Shown: in pieces, positions 49,988-64,000 of the stretch
How the letters are laid out: the number at the start of each line of letters is the position of its first letter
How positions within the stretch are numbered: position 1 is the first letter of the stretch
NCBI GenBank assembly: GCA_030141605.1
Contig: JAQGDQ010000795.1
Coordinates: 1-64,000 of the forward strand
Length of the DNA: 64,000 nucleotides
DNA from: Tubiluchus corallicola
Lineage: Eukaryota > Animalia > Priapulida
Direction: 5' to 3'
Translations under genes and position numbers: made by a program
The notes under the pieces: model-generated
Database searches by the model: none
What the model was told of the DNA's origin: nothing
What the model saw: the letters and a program-made list of their open reading frames with translations, nothing else

Positions 49988-52900
49988 GTAAGAAGGGTGT
50001 AATTATTATGCCAACTTTTAATAAGCTACATGTGGTACGATGGTACATATTTGTGCGAATTTTAAAGTTTACAAATGTAATGGATTTTTGTGGTGTAACT
50101 TATGAAAGTTTGAGCTTCTCTGAGGAATATTATGGGCATTGCAAGTTGCTTAGTTGAAGCAAGTGGGGCATCTATCTATTAAAGCCAAAAAGAGTCGATA
50201 AGATTACTGATCAGTTGATCAAACCTTTAAAAACCGTACTGGATATAATAGGGTTGTCAGAAAATTAGAAATACGACACACGCTACTATTCATACATATT
50301 ATATAAGAAATTCTGAGTTTGTGAAATCATTGCAAAATTCTTATTTAATAGAGACTATAATATTATAAAAATGTAAGGGACAATTTTGAAAGTTATAATT
50401 TAATACAAACAATACGGAAAATAAAACTAAAAATTTATTTGGCCTGGAGAGCGAAACGGTAACCATAGCAACTGACCAAGTTGCAAACTGGCAGCAAACA
50501 TGTCAGTTTTGTGTAAACATCTAGTAATTCTAGTTTCCTCTTTGCATTGTGTTATTTTCAACAAGAGAATCTGAGAAAAACGTGTAATTACTTATAAAGT
50601 TATGGTTTGAAGAAACTAAAAAAAAAATGAAATTTAGTTTTAAGATTTTATTCTGAAATGCCTACATAATCAGCGAAGTAGTGTCATGATGAAAAGCAGA
50701 AAAACAAGTGACCAAAACTACAGGTGGAATCAGTTAGATGTGAAAACAGGTTTAGAGATTATGCATTCCTTAAGACTGTAGAAGCCAATGAAAATTTAAA
50801 CAGTAAAGAGAAAGCTTTAAAAATTTTAACAAGAACACCTGAAGGTGGCAGCGCCTATGCAAAATTTAAAAAAAGTATGATGACAACGCAATATAAATTT
50901 AAATTAAAATGATTTTGTTCTGTCCAAGTTACAACTAAGAACCGTAAAAAGGTAGTAAAAATATGTTTTCATTAGAAAATTCGAAAATGAACTAAATGTG
51001 GGACATATGGGTATCCCTGAAATATCAGTGTGGAACAGGGGACAAAATTATCACATATGGGACATGTCCCATATATAAGGGACATCAGGCAACCCTGTAA
51101 ATGTGTAATAGTATATATACTATTATATATACTCTCTGCTAACAAATATTTAAAACAATTGAGTCAATCAGTGACACATGCCTCAGCTTTTCCACTAAAG
51201 TAACAGGAATGACACATGAACACGGGGACACATGAAATTAAGCAACACGAATATTTGCTAGTTCTGAAAGTATTTGGGAAGAAGATTTTCACTTCTAGTG
51301 TGCTGTTTAGAATAAAATACTGCAAATTAATTTTTAAACGGATAGTTTCTGCCAAATCTAATGTAATGGAAAAGTTGAAAATGGGCACATAGGAAAAACT
51401 TTCACAGGAACTGATTTCAGCTTCAGTAGAAGTGTCTAAATCACTTTTCTGGCAACAAATACAACTGGAATAAGTCTCTTTCTTTGGTGTCTACCAGTCA
51501 TGAGACAGTACTGCACCAGAAACGTGTTATTTAAAAAAATTATCCTGGGACAAAAATTGTACGTTCTGTGGAGAATGACCCATATGAAGTCATCAGGTCA
51601 TGTCAGAAGAGCATCCTTGTTGCCATTGTAATTAACCTTGGAAGAAACACTACAGTCTCACCTTGTCAAAACGCTCTCCCTCATAATGCCAATCTCGTTT
51701 AATTAACGCCGACTGTTTTAGCAAAACAAAATGTCTGTATTCGTGTACATTAATGACATAAATGACATTAATGCATTTTGTTAATCAGCTCGCTTAACGA
51801 CATCCTTTTTGTATTCCAGACTAGGTGGTATAAAGTTTTGAGTTCGTGAAAATCAATAAGCACCGGATAAAAAATAACGATAAACAAAGTACATATATAA
51901 ATAATAGTCAAAAGTGATGACTGGAAGTAGCGTAACCTGTTACATGTTCCAGTGGTCAGAGTGACCAATGGCCATTGTTTTGTGCTATACCATTCTTTAC
52001 AGTCTGGACATTTAGATTTGCAAAACAGCCTGAAACATTTCACTGCGTGCAAGTACTGTGGTTCTGTAGCACTGTTTCCAAATTAATTTCTCTTACTTAT
52101 GCCTGTCAGTATTAAGGGTGGCCATTCTCTACCGGAATGCGAATTCGAATCGAGTCGAATTTGTGACCTTTGAATTCGAATTGAACCGAATTTCGGTATT
52201 TCAAATTTCAACCGCATTCGAATTGAGTTTGAAAGATTTTCGAACAAGTTTTCGAATCTCTTGTAACAAGTGATCTTACAAAGATCGTGCATATTACTTG
52301 ATTTTGTTCTGCAGCAAAGCTATTATTGGTTTATTAAAAATTTGCACAGAAACTGCAGCGAAATTGTGCTAATTGCACGATGTTTCAAACATTTTAACGC
52401 TAACGAACGTATGTGGCCGAAGTGCTGAATTATTCGAATCTATGATTTTAGCTTCGAATCAAATTTGAATTAAAAAACTCGTTCGATGCTCACACCCTTG
52501 TATGCATATGTGTACAAATGAGTAAAAAAATGACTACAGTCAACCGTGGGTATAAGGTACTCGATCATGCGGGACACTCGCTCATAAGGGACCACCAACA
52601 CCGGTCCCGATTTTTCGTAACATTTTTCATATGTAAAAATCTACGTATATAAGGTACTCGGATATAAGGGACTTTCAGTTATAAGGGACAATATCTTCAG
52701 GTCCCACGTAATAGAAACCCAGGTAAATTATCTCGCATATAAGAGACCCTATGATCGATTTTAATCGATTTTTAACCTCAATTTTTCGCAAACTCCGTCT
52801 TCAAACAGCTCGGTTTCCGCGGTCACCTACATCTCGCATCACTGAAGGAGCTTCCTACCTACCGTTTGCACTGAATCTGTAACAATAATCCATAAAAATA

Positions 52901-54037
52901 TGGGAAGAGGTACAGAAAAGTACACGTCTAGATACACCCTCGATCTGACTCAACTTCGACTGTAAGGGACGGTTTTTTGCGGTCCCGGATGTCTCTTATA
53001 TCCGAGGTTTACTATATTAATTTTTAGCAACATTAGATTATACCATTTATTTATTATTTATTAGGCACAAGAAATAAATAATAAATATATACATATACTA
53101 CGACAGCTGGGTCATAAATTACACTAAAATATGCCTAATTACAAAAAACATCTACACAAACATATAACAACTGCAATCATTAAACTAATAAAATGCCTCA
53201 ATTAAAGAATTAAAGCTTTAATAATATAATAATGTTATACCGTATATACTCGCATATAAGCCGAATTTAGAACTATAAAATACAATACTGAAATCAGGGG
53301 GTCGGCTTATATGCGCATGAAACAAAACGAACACAAGGACAGACACTAATGCCAATTTTCCAGCCACACATTTTCATCGCTATCTGACACTTTATTTGGT
53401 TGTGTGTCACAAGTGGTGTATTGGAGGGGATCAGACACTCTATAAGTTTGAGACAGAGACGATGAGGGTGGTAGTGACAATGATTTTGAAGGTTTCTAAT
53501 TATTTTTAAGAACGTTAAATTATAAACAGAAATGTTATAATTTTTTGTGAATAAATAGAAAACAAAATATTTTCTTCTTTATTCATATCAAAATGTATAA
53601 TTTCTTCTATTTCTTCTAGTGTGTAACATAAAAGTAATCATTTTACATCTTTATAGTAAAAAATTTCTATGAACCAAAAATACCCAATTAACAAAATGTG
53701 ACAAAAAGGGATCAATTTTGTTGATTGGGTATGGAGTAAAATTAGACAAGTTGATGGTCGGCTTATATACGGGTTTTTGCAAAAACTGGCCATTTTAAAG
53801 CAGTTTTAGGGGGACGGCTTATATGCGATGTAGGCTTATATGCGAGTATATACGGTAGTTATAATTGGCTTTAATAATATAATAATGTTATAGTTATAAT
53901 TGGCTTTAATAATATAATAATGTTATAATTATAATTAAAATGATTGAAGTCAACAAAACTTGACACGTTCGACTACAGGAAAAACGTGGGAGGTTTCCTA
54001 ATTATTTCTCGTTTTAACAGGAAGAGCAACTTCCGCC

Positions 54038-57000
54038 ATGCAGCCTCCGCCAAGAAGAGTCATCCCGCCGGAAGAGAAGACTTATTTTTTTGGAAAGAGG
54101 AGCAGGGCCGAGTCGGAACAGATACTGATAGAAAATCGGGCGGTAGACGGACTGTTTCTTCTTCGTCAGAGGCTTTTGGAATACGAACACTATGCTCTCT
54201 CCATGTGCTATGGGCATCAGTTAGTACAATGAGAAAACCCTCCACTTACATAGAGCTTAAAAAATTCGTCTTGAAATTTATGCCGCTTACATACTGCCTT
54301 TCTGCATGCAGGGCTTGCGTTGGCAGTAACGCTGTATAAAACATGTAAATTTAAACTTCCGTGATAACCATCAGGTGCAGCCATTTTGACGATAAGTCAC
54401 TAACTAAGTAAAATTTTAAATTACTGTATCTTGTCAATAACGTTAACGATACCTTCTCTTGGCTAGTGAGTGACGCACCCTGGAGGGTAAGTCAGCGACA
54501 TTTTGCCAATTGGCACAAACATTTTAAATTATTAGTCTAGTTACATAAGCCTTTCCAGCAGGTAAGGAAAATGCTAAGTAATATAACTTTGCATGGAAAG
54601 TTTTTTGGGACATAGTTTAATATTTCCTTTTCTTCACCTGATTTATGTTGTATATAGGTGACGTCATGTAATGGCGCCGTCGGAACAGTATCGCGAGAAA
54701 TTTAAAATTGAAACAAAATATCATTTCAACTTGTGCACGATATACGCATAAAATTGCTGTAAAGTAGTGTGGATTTATTTTGAAATATTACCAATTAAAA
54801 TGTTTTTTATTATAAGTTACTATTAGCAACTGATCTTATGCATCGGATAGTGGATTTATTTCTAACAGTTACAACATTAACAGGGATGAGAATTTTCCGC
54901 GGATACGCAGAATTCCCAGTTTTTGGAAGACCAGTAGTGCCATTTTTGAAAATCGCGTAAATTTGTTAAGAAAATTTTTACGGACCAGTACATTATTTCA
55001 CAAACTGACCGCTAGTTGGCAGGCCGTCACTTTGTTTACATCACGTACATCAGTGTAACCACGTGTATATCTCTATGTATAAAAATATAGAATCAATTAT
55101 GCGGAGTTATTTGAGTCAATTGCAGACAGTTTTTATATACTTTTGCATAGGAGCGGCCAGTCCTTATTCATTTTTGAGACAATTAGGTATCATGTATCCT
55201 TGATAGTTGGGTATTTTAAATTATGCATGAAACAAGGTAATTGATATTTTAAGTCTACTTAGAGGCTCTCTATGGTCACAAAATTGTAATTTGTTGCTGG
55301 TTCCAAGGGGTCTTCGCCCCCCTTGAACTGCCATGGGGGCCTACGCGGCCCCCAAACCTCCAACCTGTTTCAGAGTTTTTTGCAATTTGTCATTCTCATC
55401 CCTGCATTAATAAACACGCGTTGTATTTTCTAGGTTCTACCACTATGACATAAAGCAGTACGCAAACGGTTATTTCGGAATACAGAATGGAATAACATAC
55501 CCGGGTCCCGTCGAGCTCACGGAACATCTTCGAATGGACGACGGAGGATTAGTGACACCGCTAAGAATGCCGTGCGAAAGACAAGAGGGCGAACAACCGT
55601 TGGGACTGTTCAGAATGAGCATGACCGTGTCCGACCAGATGATCTTGGACGTAGCTGAGAAGATGGGCTTAGAGGTGATGAATCAGAACATGAGTATAAC
55701 AGTAAACCGTAACACAGTGGATTGACCAGGAAATTTAGAGTTTAGGCTCAGAGACTGCTGGCTGGTGCAGCGCAAGTAATCGGTGCAGTTGACTCCCGCT
55801 TGTTGGGATAAAGGCGAAGAAATTGATGATCTAAATACTGCACTCCTTGGAGCTCTCATTGCAAATTTCAACTTCCCTACCATCGTCTGTGTTGCATTTA
55901 AAATTAACCCTGAAAAACACTACAGCCAAACGTCATTATAACACCAAACAATGCCAAGCTCATTTTGCGCCCACATTTTTGGCAAAACAAAACATCTATA
56001 CAGTATGTCTTTGCTTAACGATGCTCGTGCGTTCCGGCAAAATGCAACGTTAAGCGAAATGCCGTTAAATGAAACCAAGACTTTCATAGAAAGTTTGTAA
56101 AAGAAGTGAGATACGTTCCAGAGGCAAAAATCAATGCTGCTTAAGTCAATTACTATTCATATTTTATATTATGAGTTTTATTCATATTTCTACTGATTAA
56201 TTTCTTTTTGTTTGGTTGTAAGCACCTATTTTTCTTAGTAGAAGCCACCAATGACTAGCTAGACTTGCTTGCGGTCTCTTGAAAACTGTATATAGACAGC
56301 AGTTAAAAAATCGTCGTTAAAACGAAACGTGCATCGTCAAGTGAGAAAAATGTGTCAAGTGTTCAGCAATATTAAAACGAAACGCCATTTAACAGGGAAT
56401 CGTTAAGCGAGGACTCACTGTATTTGTATAGACATGTATGTATTAATGCAACTCGTTGTGATGCCAAATTCGCTTAACGCCGAATTTTTGTGGTCCAAAT
56501 GGCATGGTATAAAGAGCTTTGACTGTAATTTAGATTGTGAAAATGAATAAGCATATTAAGCCTTTTCACAGTTCCAGCAATTGATGATAATCGTGAAAGT
56601 CAAAGGTTAAGTGTACCAGACAATGCATTTGTGTACACTTGATAATGCCTCGCAGCCTAAGCTATTGTAATAGTAACAGTTTTAACAGTTAGCTAGAACC
56701 TTACCTAGTTCATTTTTTCTTGTTCCCAAGCAAGATCCTGCTAATAAATCAGTCTACGTACAGACTAATGGATAATTAAGTAATGTCCACAGAAAATAAC
56801 TGATGTTACTGAACTGATGCAGCAGTTGTCTTTGTTTTACCCACACGTCACAGTTGTAGTTAAGACGCATTGCTATGATACACTTAGCCTTTGACCTGCA
56901 GGAACTGCACGTGCACACAATGAAACTGCAAAAATGCTTATTATTGTACCGAAAGTTGGGGCTATAATTATGCAACACTGCGACTTGGCCCTGTGCCAGC

Positions 57001-60000
57001 TTGGCAATTTGATTTAATGTACTAAGACAGAATGTAATAATGTATCTCAATGCAGTAAGATCAAATAACTATCACCTGCTTGTAATGAAGCAGAGCAATC
57101 GGTACACATTGCTTTCAACAATAAATGGAACCGTTGTTTTTTACCAAACGGCATCTTTTGTTGTACGCGACAGTGCGAGTGGCACTGTGATTTCGTAAAT
57201 ACCGTTCAGTAAGGGTGAGCATCGAACGCTCGAATTCGATTCGAACGAGTTTTTCAGTTCGAACTCGATTCGAATCCAAAACTATAGATTCGAATAATTC
57301 AGCACTTCAATCACACATGTTCTTTATCACTAAAACGATTGAAACATCATGCAATTAGCATAATTTAGCTGTGATTTCTGTGCACAATTTTAAACAAATT
57401 ACTAGTCGTTTTATTGCAGAACAAAATCGAGTGATATGCATGATCTTTGTAAGACTAATTTTTACTGGTGGTTCGAAAACTTGTTCGAAAATCTTTCAGT
57501 CTCAATTCGAATTCGCATCGAATTCGAAACACTGAAGTTCAGTTCGATTCGAATTCGAAAGTCACAAATTCGGTTCGATTCGAATTCACTTTCTGGTAGA
57601 GAATGCTCACCCCTACCGTTCAGTAGTGGTTTCACGGTCACGAAATTTCTAAATGATTTCTGTGGTTTTCTAACCCCCCTTTTTGGATAATTGTTCGGCA
57701 TTAAGTTTTCCCGTTGGACTCAAGTTTGCACGTTTTGCCATTCTAGTTCAACTCAAATAACATCAGGGCGATTCTCAGTCACTTTCATGAGCATATGGAA
57801 TGGTTTCACGGTGATATAGGCAGGGAGGAGGCTGAAGAACGATTACACCAGGACGGTTTAGAAAATGGTCTCTTTCTGTGAGTCTCGGTTTTAATGCCTT
57901 ATTTGATACATTGTTCTTATGATTGACTTTCTTACTACATGCCATTTATTACCTGCGCGCATATCACTGTTCCAGAACAGCTGTACAGAGATGATAAATT
58001 AGTGTTTACAGCTGGTTGTCATGACGATATACAGTGGTGGCTCCTGTATAGGTACGGTGGAACTGAAGCACCCCCTATTTTCATTCAATATTATTTATGA
58101 TATTCAAATAATAAATCCATAATATTCAATAGTCTTTTTTCTTTAGTTTTTTCTTTATAATTGCATGGCACCAGAGCACGTGAGGGTTGTATTGTTTGCT
58201 TCACAGCCCAGCACAGTGGTGTGTTTGGTTGTTAAATGCATGAGCCAATGTGTACATGCCTGAGTTAATACGCTGTACACTGCGCTGCTAGCGCCTGCTG
58301 CTAGGTAGAGAAAGTGCTGTCGCTCACAATCACAACATTAAAATTACATGTGTTTGTGTCGTTTTACACCAGCACCCACACAGCAGGCCGCAATCTTACT
58401 AGATTCACTGAGCTGCGCGTAGCTTTGAAAGTTTAACGAAATTTGAGTATTCGAAGTAATTATTATTTAATCTAAGCTTTGATTTAAAATGAGCTATTGT
58501 AGTTTTCAATATTTTAGGGCATTCCTTATTCTAAACTCGTGTTTACACAATTATCTGGTTTCCCTCAGTAATAATACCAGCATTTGAATCGCTTTCGAAA
58601 TATACTTGCACGAGGATATTTTTACGGGAAGTATATTTTATCCTGATTTACTGATGTAACTACAGTAAACTCCGCATAATTCAAGTCCAGCTGGACTGAA
58701 AAAAACTTTAGGTTAGGGGTGATATTTTGAGTTAGGCAGTATTGGCCATTTTCCAGCATAGACACTCTAAACCCCTCCTCCAGATGGCGAGCTAAATAGA
58801 AGGCAGAAAGTCAACCCTTCTGTGCATAAACAAGGAGATTTGATGACACTTGTAGTGTTGGGGGGTAAAAATTTTCCCGGAAGACCATACTGTTTTTGAG
58901 TTGTACGAAACTTTTTGTTTTTCTAAATTGCATTTTTTAGTTAGGCGAAGTGAATTACACGTATTTTGATTAAATGGATCATAACTTTTTATTTGAGTTA
59001 GGTGAAAGTTTCAGTTATATGTTTAAAGTGAAGCAATGTTTTATGAGGGAAAAACAATAGATTTCGTTGTTTCAGATAGGCGAAAATTTGAGCTATGCTA
59101 TTTTCAGTTACCCATAGTTTACAGTAATAATTTTTTATTTGAGTTAGGGAAGATTTGTAGTTAAGCCGTGGTTTTTTTATGGAAAAAACGAAGGATTTCA
59201 ATCCATTGCACTGAAATTGTTTGAGTTACGCAAAAAATTGAATAAATTGACTTTGAGAGACACATAATTTACTGTATTACTATTTATATATACATACATA
59301 TATAAAATAATCTTTATTTGCTATAAAAAAATTGATATTCATAACTATAAAACATAAAAGAACATCGCAACATGATTATAAAATTCACACAACTGTTAAA
59401 GGCAAATGCGTCATGTGCAAACTAAAAACTACTGTGCCAAAAATTTAAAACAAAATATACATTATAATGTTACACGAAAATTATAATAGACTATATACTA
59501 CATATACATGGATGTGAGTAAATATACAATATATACATACAAATTAAAATGGATGTGGGTAAAAGAAATTTGCGGATGAATATATATTATCGTTTACGTA
59601 TGTACGGTTTTCAAAACGATTTAATGTATGTATTTTACTGTACTTCCTGTATCAGGAAGAATTGATGTACTTTTGGTTCTCTACTTTCGTCAGGTTAAAC
59701 TGCTTGTTCTTAAACCAGTTAGGGTGTCTTAAATCAACCTAGAGTCACACTTTCTTCATTTCGGCAGATGATTTCTCCAGAAAGTGCTACAGAAAAGATT
59801 TCGTCCCTTTTCAGGGTGAGGCAGAAACGCGAGGACGCGTTCGTTTTGACGATGGCTTACGGCACTGACGTCCGGCATTACAAAATTGAAAAATCTGATG
59901 CCGGATTCTCGCTGGAAAACTCGGCTTCGGTCTGCGAGGCTCTTGTCTTGGTAACCATTTTTAATCTGTGCTTAATTACTAACAAGTGCACAACTTGTTT

Positions 60001-60606
60001 GTTACTAAGATGCTAATTTATTAAGAAGTAGTATTTTTGTGATTTTTTTGTTAGCTAGTGCTGCATTGCATCTAATAGTCATTGTGGGAGTTTAGATTTA
60101 CAAGTTTTGTACAGAGATACTGCTAACGTAAGCTCCGTATGCAATAAGATATCACGACATTAATGGTTTTTGCACTTATTTTAATAAATCAAGTCGAAAA
60201 TGTAAGTGATAAGTAATTTTAGAGCAAATTTTTTAAGCTTTAACTCTTTCACTACATAATTGCTTTTTAACACGGCCACATTGACTTTTGCATATTTGAC
60301 AATAATGTCTTGTGGTGTGTTACTAAAACAGAATCTTGTAAATAAACAAATAGTTGTTCGTTATTGACACAAATGCGAGCACACTTGCACACGCAGACAC
60401 ACACACACACACACACACACGTGCGTGTGCGCACACGAGCCGACTGTGTCACCTTCCGTAGTTAAAGGGTTAAGCAGAGTAGGTTCTTCATTTACTTATA
60501 ACATGTCTGTGCTCAAGGTGTATTGTATTTTTCCAGCTGATAGACTTCTACTATCATAGTCAAGAAGGCCTGAGATGTCAACTGACGAGAGGTTGTTCTA
60601 AATATA
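54038..60606 (+). CDS. SYK: SYK/ZAP70-family kinase copy 2, partial (exons 54038-54219, 55434-55674, 57747-57877, 59815-59950, 60537-60606); kinase exons would lie beyond the window
   Basis: Mirror image of copy 1 with intact frames and splice sites. One amino-acid difference spotted (YGSD vs YGTD). Confidence 0.85.
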
Positions 60607-63165
60607 GTGAGTAGTTTTTAATTTTAGTGGTCTGATTGTAGCAGCAGCGAGGCGAAGCTCAGTTGCGACAAAATTGCAAAATGTGCTGTTGCGTGTTGCA
60701 TGAACTTTCAATTTAATCGTAAAGTACGGTGAATACCTCGAGATACGAAATTAATTCATTTCGTTGGGGCTTTCGTATATGTGAATGGTGTAATTTGTTC
60801 CAACACCCCCCACCCCGAAAACAGTCATATAAAGTGTAAATATTGTACCCACCCGAAAAGAATATGTTCGTTAATGAAGGGTTACGCTCATACTTCCTTG
60901 AGATAGCAGTTAAATGCATGCCACTTTCATATTTAGCTATAATTTCATGCTTCGTTTCCGTCGACATCATCTTTTTCTTCTTATCACTATCACTGCCACT
61001 TGCTTTTTTCGGACCCATGGTTACTGGATGCAAATTAACACAAATTTACTAGAAATACACGGCACGAAGACACAAGACAATGGACGGGAGCTTTTTGGTA
61101 CGGTGTGTGAGAGCAAGGTGATGCTGTGATGTAGCATCATTCACGTGATGCTACGAAATGCATTCTGGGAGGACGGCTGTCGGGCGGCACTTGCAATTTT
61201 CGTTTTCGCATCTTGAATATTTTTCCTTTAAATGGGACGGAAATTTATTCGTATTCTGAATTCTTCGTATAATAGGGTTTTCATAAGTCGAGGTTCCACT
61301 GTATTGTATTATGGGCCATTTCCAGCACGGAATTTTTATCAAATCCCCCTACTCCGCTTTCTCGTTTATCCGCATCCGCAAAATCCACGGATTGAGTGAA
61401 ATTCCAATGTCCGCAATATATCTGCAAAAAATGTTGGCAACAAATTAGCTAGGCTTGCTATGTGTGCCCTATCGTTAAAAAATATTTTTTTGTATGAAGC
61501 TGGGAGCTATAATGGCAAATCGCGGAATTCCGAGTTTTTGGAAGACCAGTAGGGACAATTTTGTAAATCGTGTAAATTTGTTGAGAAAATTTTTACGGAC
61601 CCAGTACATTATTTCACAAGCTGACCACTAGTTGGCAGGCCGTCACTTTGTTTACATCACGTACATCAATGTAACTACGTGTAGATCTCTATGTAATAAA
61701 ATTATAGAATCAATTGTGCAGAGTTATTTGAATCAATTGCAGACAGTTTTTATATACTTTTGCATAAAGGAGCGGCCAGTACTTAGGCGTTTTTGAGACA
61801 ATTAGGTATCATGCATCCTTGATAGTTGCGTATTTTAAATTATGCATGAAACAAGGTAACTGATATTTTAAGTCCACTTAGAGGCTCTCTATGATCACAA
61901 AATTGCAATTTTTTGCTGGCTTCAAGGGGGTTTCGCCTTGGACCCCTTGAACCCCAATGGGGCTACGCGGCCTCCAAACCCCCGGCCTGTTTCAGAGTTT
62001 TTTTGCAATTTGTCATTCTCATCCCTATCGGGAAGCGGTGAAAAAGCAGGAGGTGATGAGGATGTTAAATTAAAGTGGTGATGAAAGGCATTTAGTGTGG
62101 CAACAAACCTCACAGTGGACGTCACAACATTCTACTAGCATTTTCAATGTTTACAAATGTTTAGAAAAAGTAAAAATTGGAGTGCAGTGCTACTGTAAAC
62201 CATTCAGTGTGGTATATAAAAAATTGGCAAATTTTAGGCTTAAAAATTCAAGTTTTAAGTCTATCTGCAGTGCTCACGCATGAGCTCTCAGACGTGTGTG
62301 CCACATCACAACTGAACACGTCTGAACTGAGAGGTATAGCACCTGTTTTTGTGCACCACATTTCCGAGATGCGAGTGCTAGTGACCGTCTATCTAGCGAA
62401 TAGTGAAATGTATGTAACAGCAAAGAACTAGTGGCGCAAACATGAAATTGTGTTTGTGTGGTAATAATTCTTTCATGCAAGTCAAATGTGAAAAATTGCT
62501 CCATTTCGTGAGCTATGGTATAAGATTGAGTCTGGTTTTTCTTCAAGCATTTATAGCATCACATTCTTTTCTTCACACATTTAATAACTTTATTACCAAG
62601 GGGAACCCTGCAAAAATCAGCTGTAAATTCCATGTGGTTTTGTCAGCGGAAGTGTGTTTTAACCGGACGTGAAATAATTTATTGTTGGTTTGCTGTAATA
62701 AGTGAACTTGAATTGAAGCAAACAAGTATCGGTAAATATGCCAACCATTAGCAAAACTTTGTAATGCAAACTTTCCAGACTGATAGGGTTGCAAAAATCT
62801 GATACGACGTGGCTTGTGGGTTAACATTTATCTATTTTGCACATAGAAACTTAGACCCGTGAGCTTAAAGCAAGCATTTGTGATATGAACAGGTGCAAAG
62901 TTTGAATCCTAACGGCAGTGGCACCAGCAAAGGTGAGCGGAGTTGTGACTCCGGATTTTAAAATCCTCCATGATCCACAAAAAAAACAAATGCATATAAA
63001 AGATTACTAAACCATTTGAAAGCCTTGCTAGACTATAAGATGGGGTGTGTGCGTGTGTGCATGCACGCGCGCATGTGTGTGTGCGTGTGTGTGAGCACGA
63101 GCGTGAAAATGTATGCATATAAAAGATTACTAAAATATTTGAAAACTTTGCTAGACTATAAGATG

Positions 63166-63211
<46 letters not shown>

Positions 63212-64000
63212 ATGTGTGCATGCGTGCGCATGCATGTGTGTGTGTGTGAGCACGCGCGTGAAAATGTATGCATATAAAAGATCACTAAACCATTTGAAAG
63301 CATTGCTAGACTATAAGATGGGGTGTGTGTGTGCGCGTGTGTGCATGTGTGTGAGCACGAGCGTGAAAATGTATGTATGAGAGAAAGAGAGTAAAGATTG
63401 CCTGTAGTTTTATCGTAGTGCATTGTGTGTTTGTAGTTGATGTTTCATAGTTTTAAATTTCTAGTTGCGCTTATAGGTTAGCTTGCACCAGATGCATTTG
63501 CCAAGAACAGCTCATTGCACTGTAATGCACTGTTAATTAGTCATTTTATAACTTTTATTTTTGTATTGTGCTAAATGGATGAATAAATCAATCAAGATCT
63601 AAACAGTGTACCCCCCACCCCCCTACTACTACTACTACTACTCTCTGCTGCTGCTTACTACTACTACTCTCCCCCACACACCCCCTGCTACTACTATTAC
63701 TACTGCTACTGCTCCTGCTCCTGCTGCTGATACTGCTCCTGCTCCTGCTGCTGATACTGCTCCTGCTCCTGCTGCTGATACTGCTCCTGCTGCTGATACT
63801 GCTCCTGTCCTGCTGCTGATACTGCTCCTGCTGCTCCTGCTGCTGCTCCTGCTGCTGCTCCTGCTGCTGCTCCTGCTCCTGCTCCGCTCCTGCTGCTGCT
63901 CCTGCTCCTGCTGCTCTCTGCTGCTCTCTCTGCTGCTGCTCCTGCTGCTGCTGCTGCTGTCCTGCTCCTGCTGCTGCTGTTCCTGCTCCTGCTCCTGCTG

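Larger units (their letters stand above)
49418..64000. repeat. Right arm of giant inverted repeat
   Basis: Reverse complement of ~31000-45546; runs off the window inside the CTG tract. Confidence 0.97.

Overview
This is an AT-rich, intron- and repeat-rich animal (probably invertebrate) genomic window. Its main gene is a SYK/ZAP70-family tandem-SH2 tyrosine kinase on the minus strand, reconstructed exon by exon from ATG 40926 to stop 15556. The 5' half of that gene is copied almost exactly in inverted orientation, forming a giant palindrome: arms ~31000-45546 and 49418->64000, mirror coordinate sum 94964, spacer ~3.9 kb. This gives two head-to-head, divergently oriented SYK copies that differ by only about 10 spotted substitutions, mostly transitions and clustered. 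A 51-bp, E-box-bearing satellite starts exactly at the left arm boundary. The window also holds 5' exons of an Arg/Ser-rich (RSRC1-like) gene, three other minisatellite arrays, a 1.8-kb CAG/CTG tract, a near-perfect 198-bp intronic hairpin, a 5S-rRNA-headed retroelement, a tRNA-like head, a solo LTR, and many MITE, LINE and Tc1 remnants. An assembly artefact for the palindrome cannot be excluded from sequence alone.
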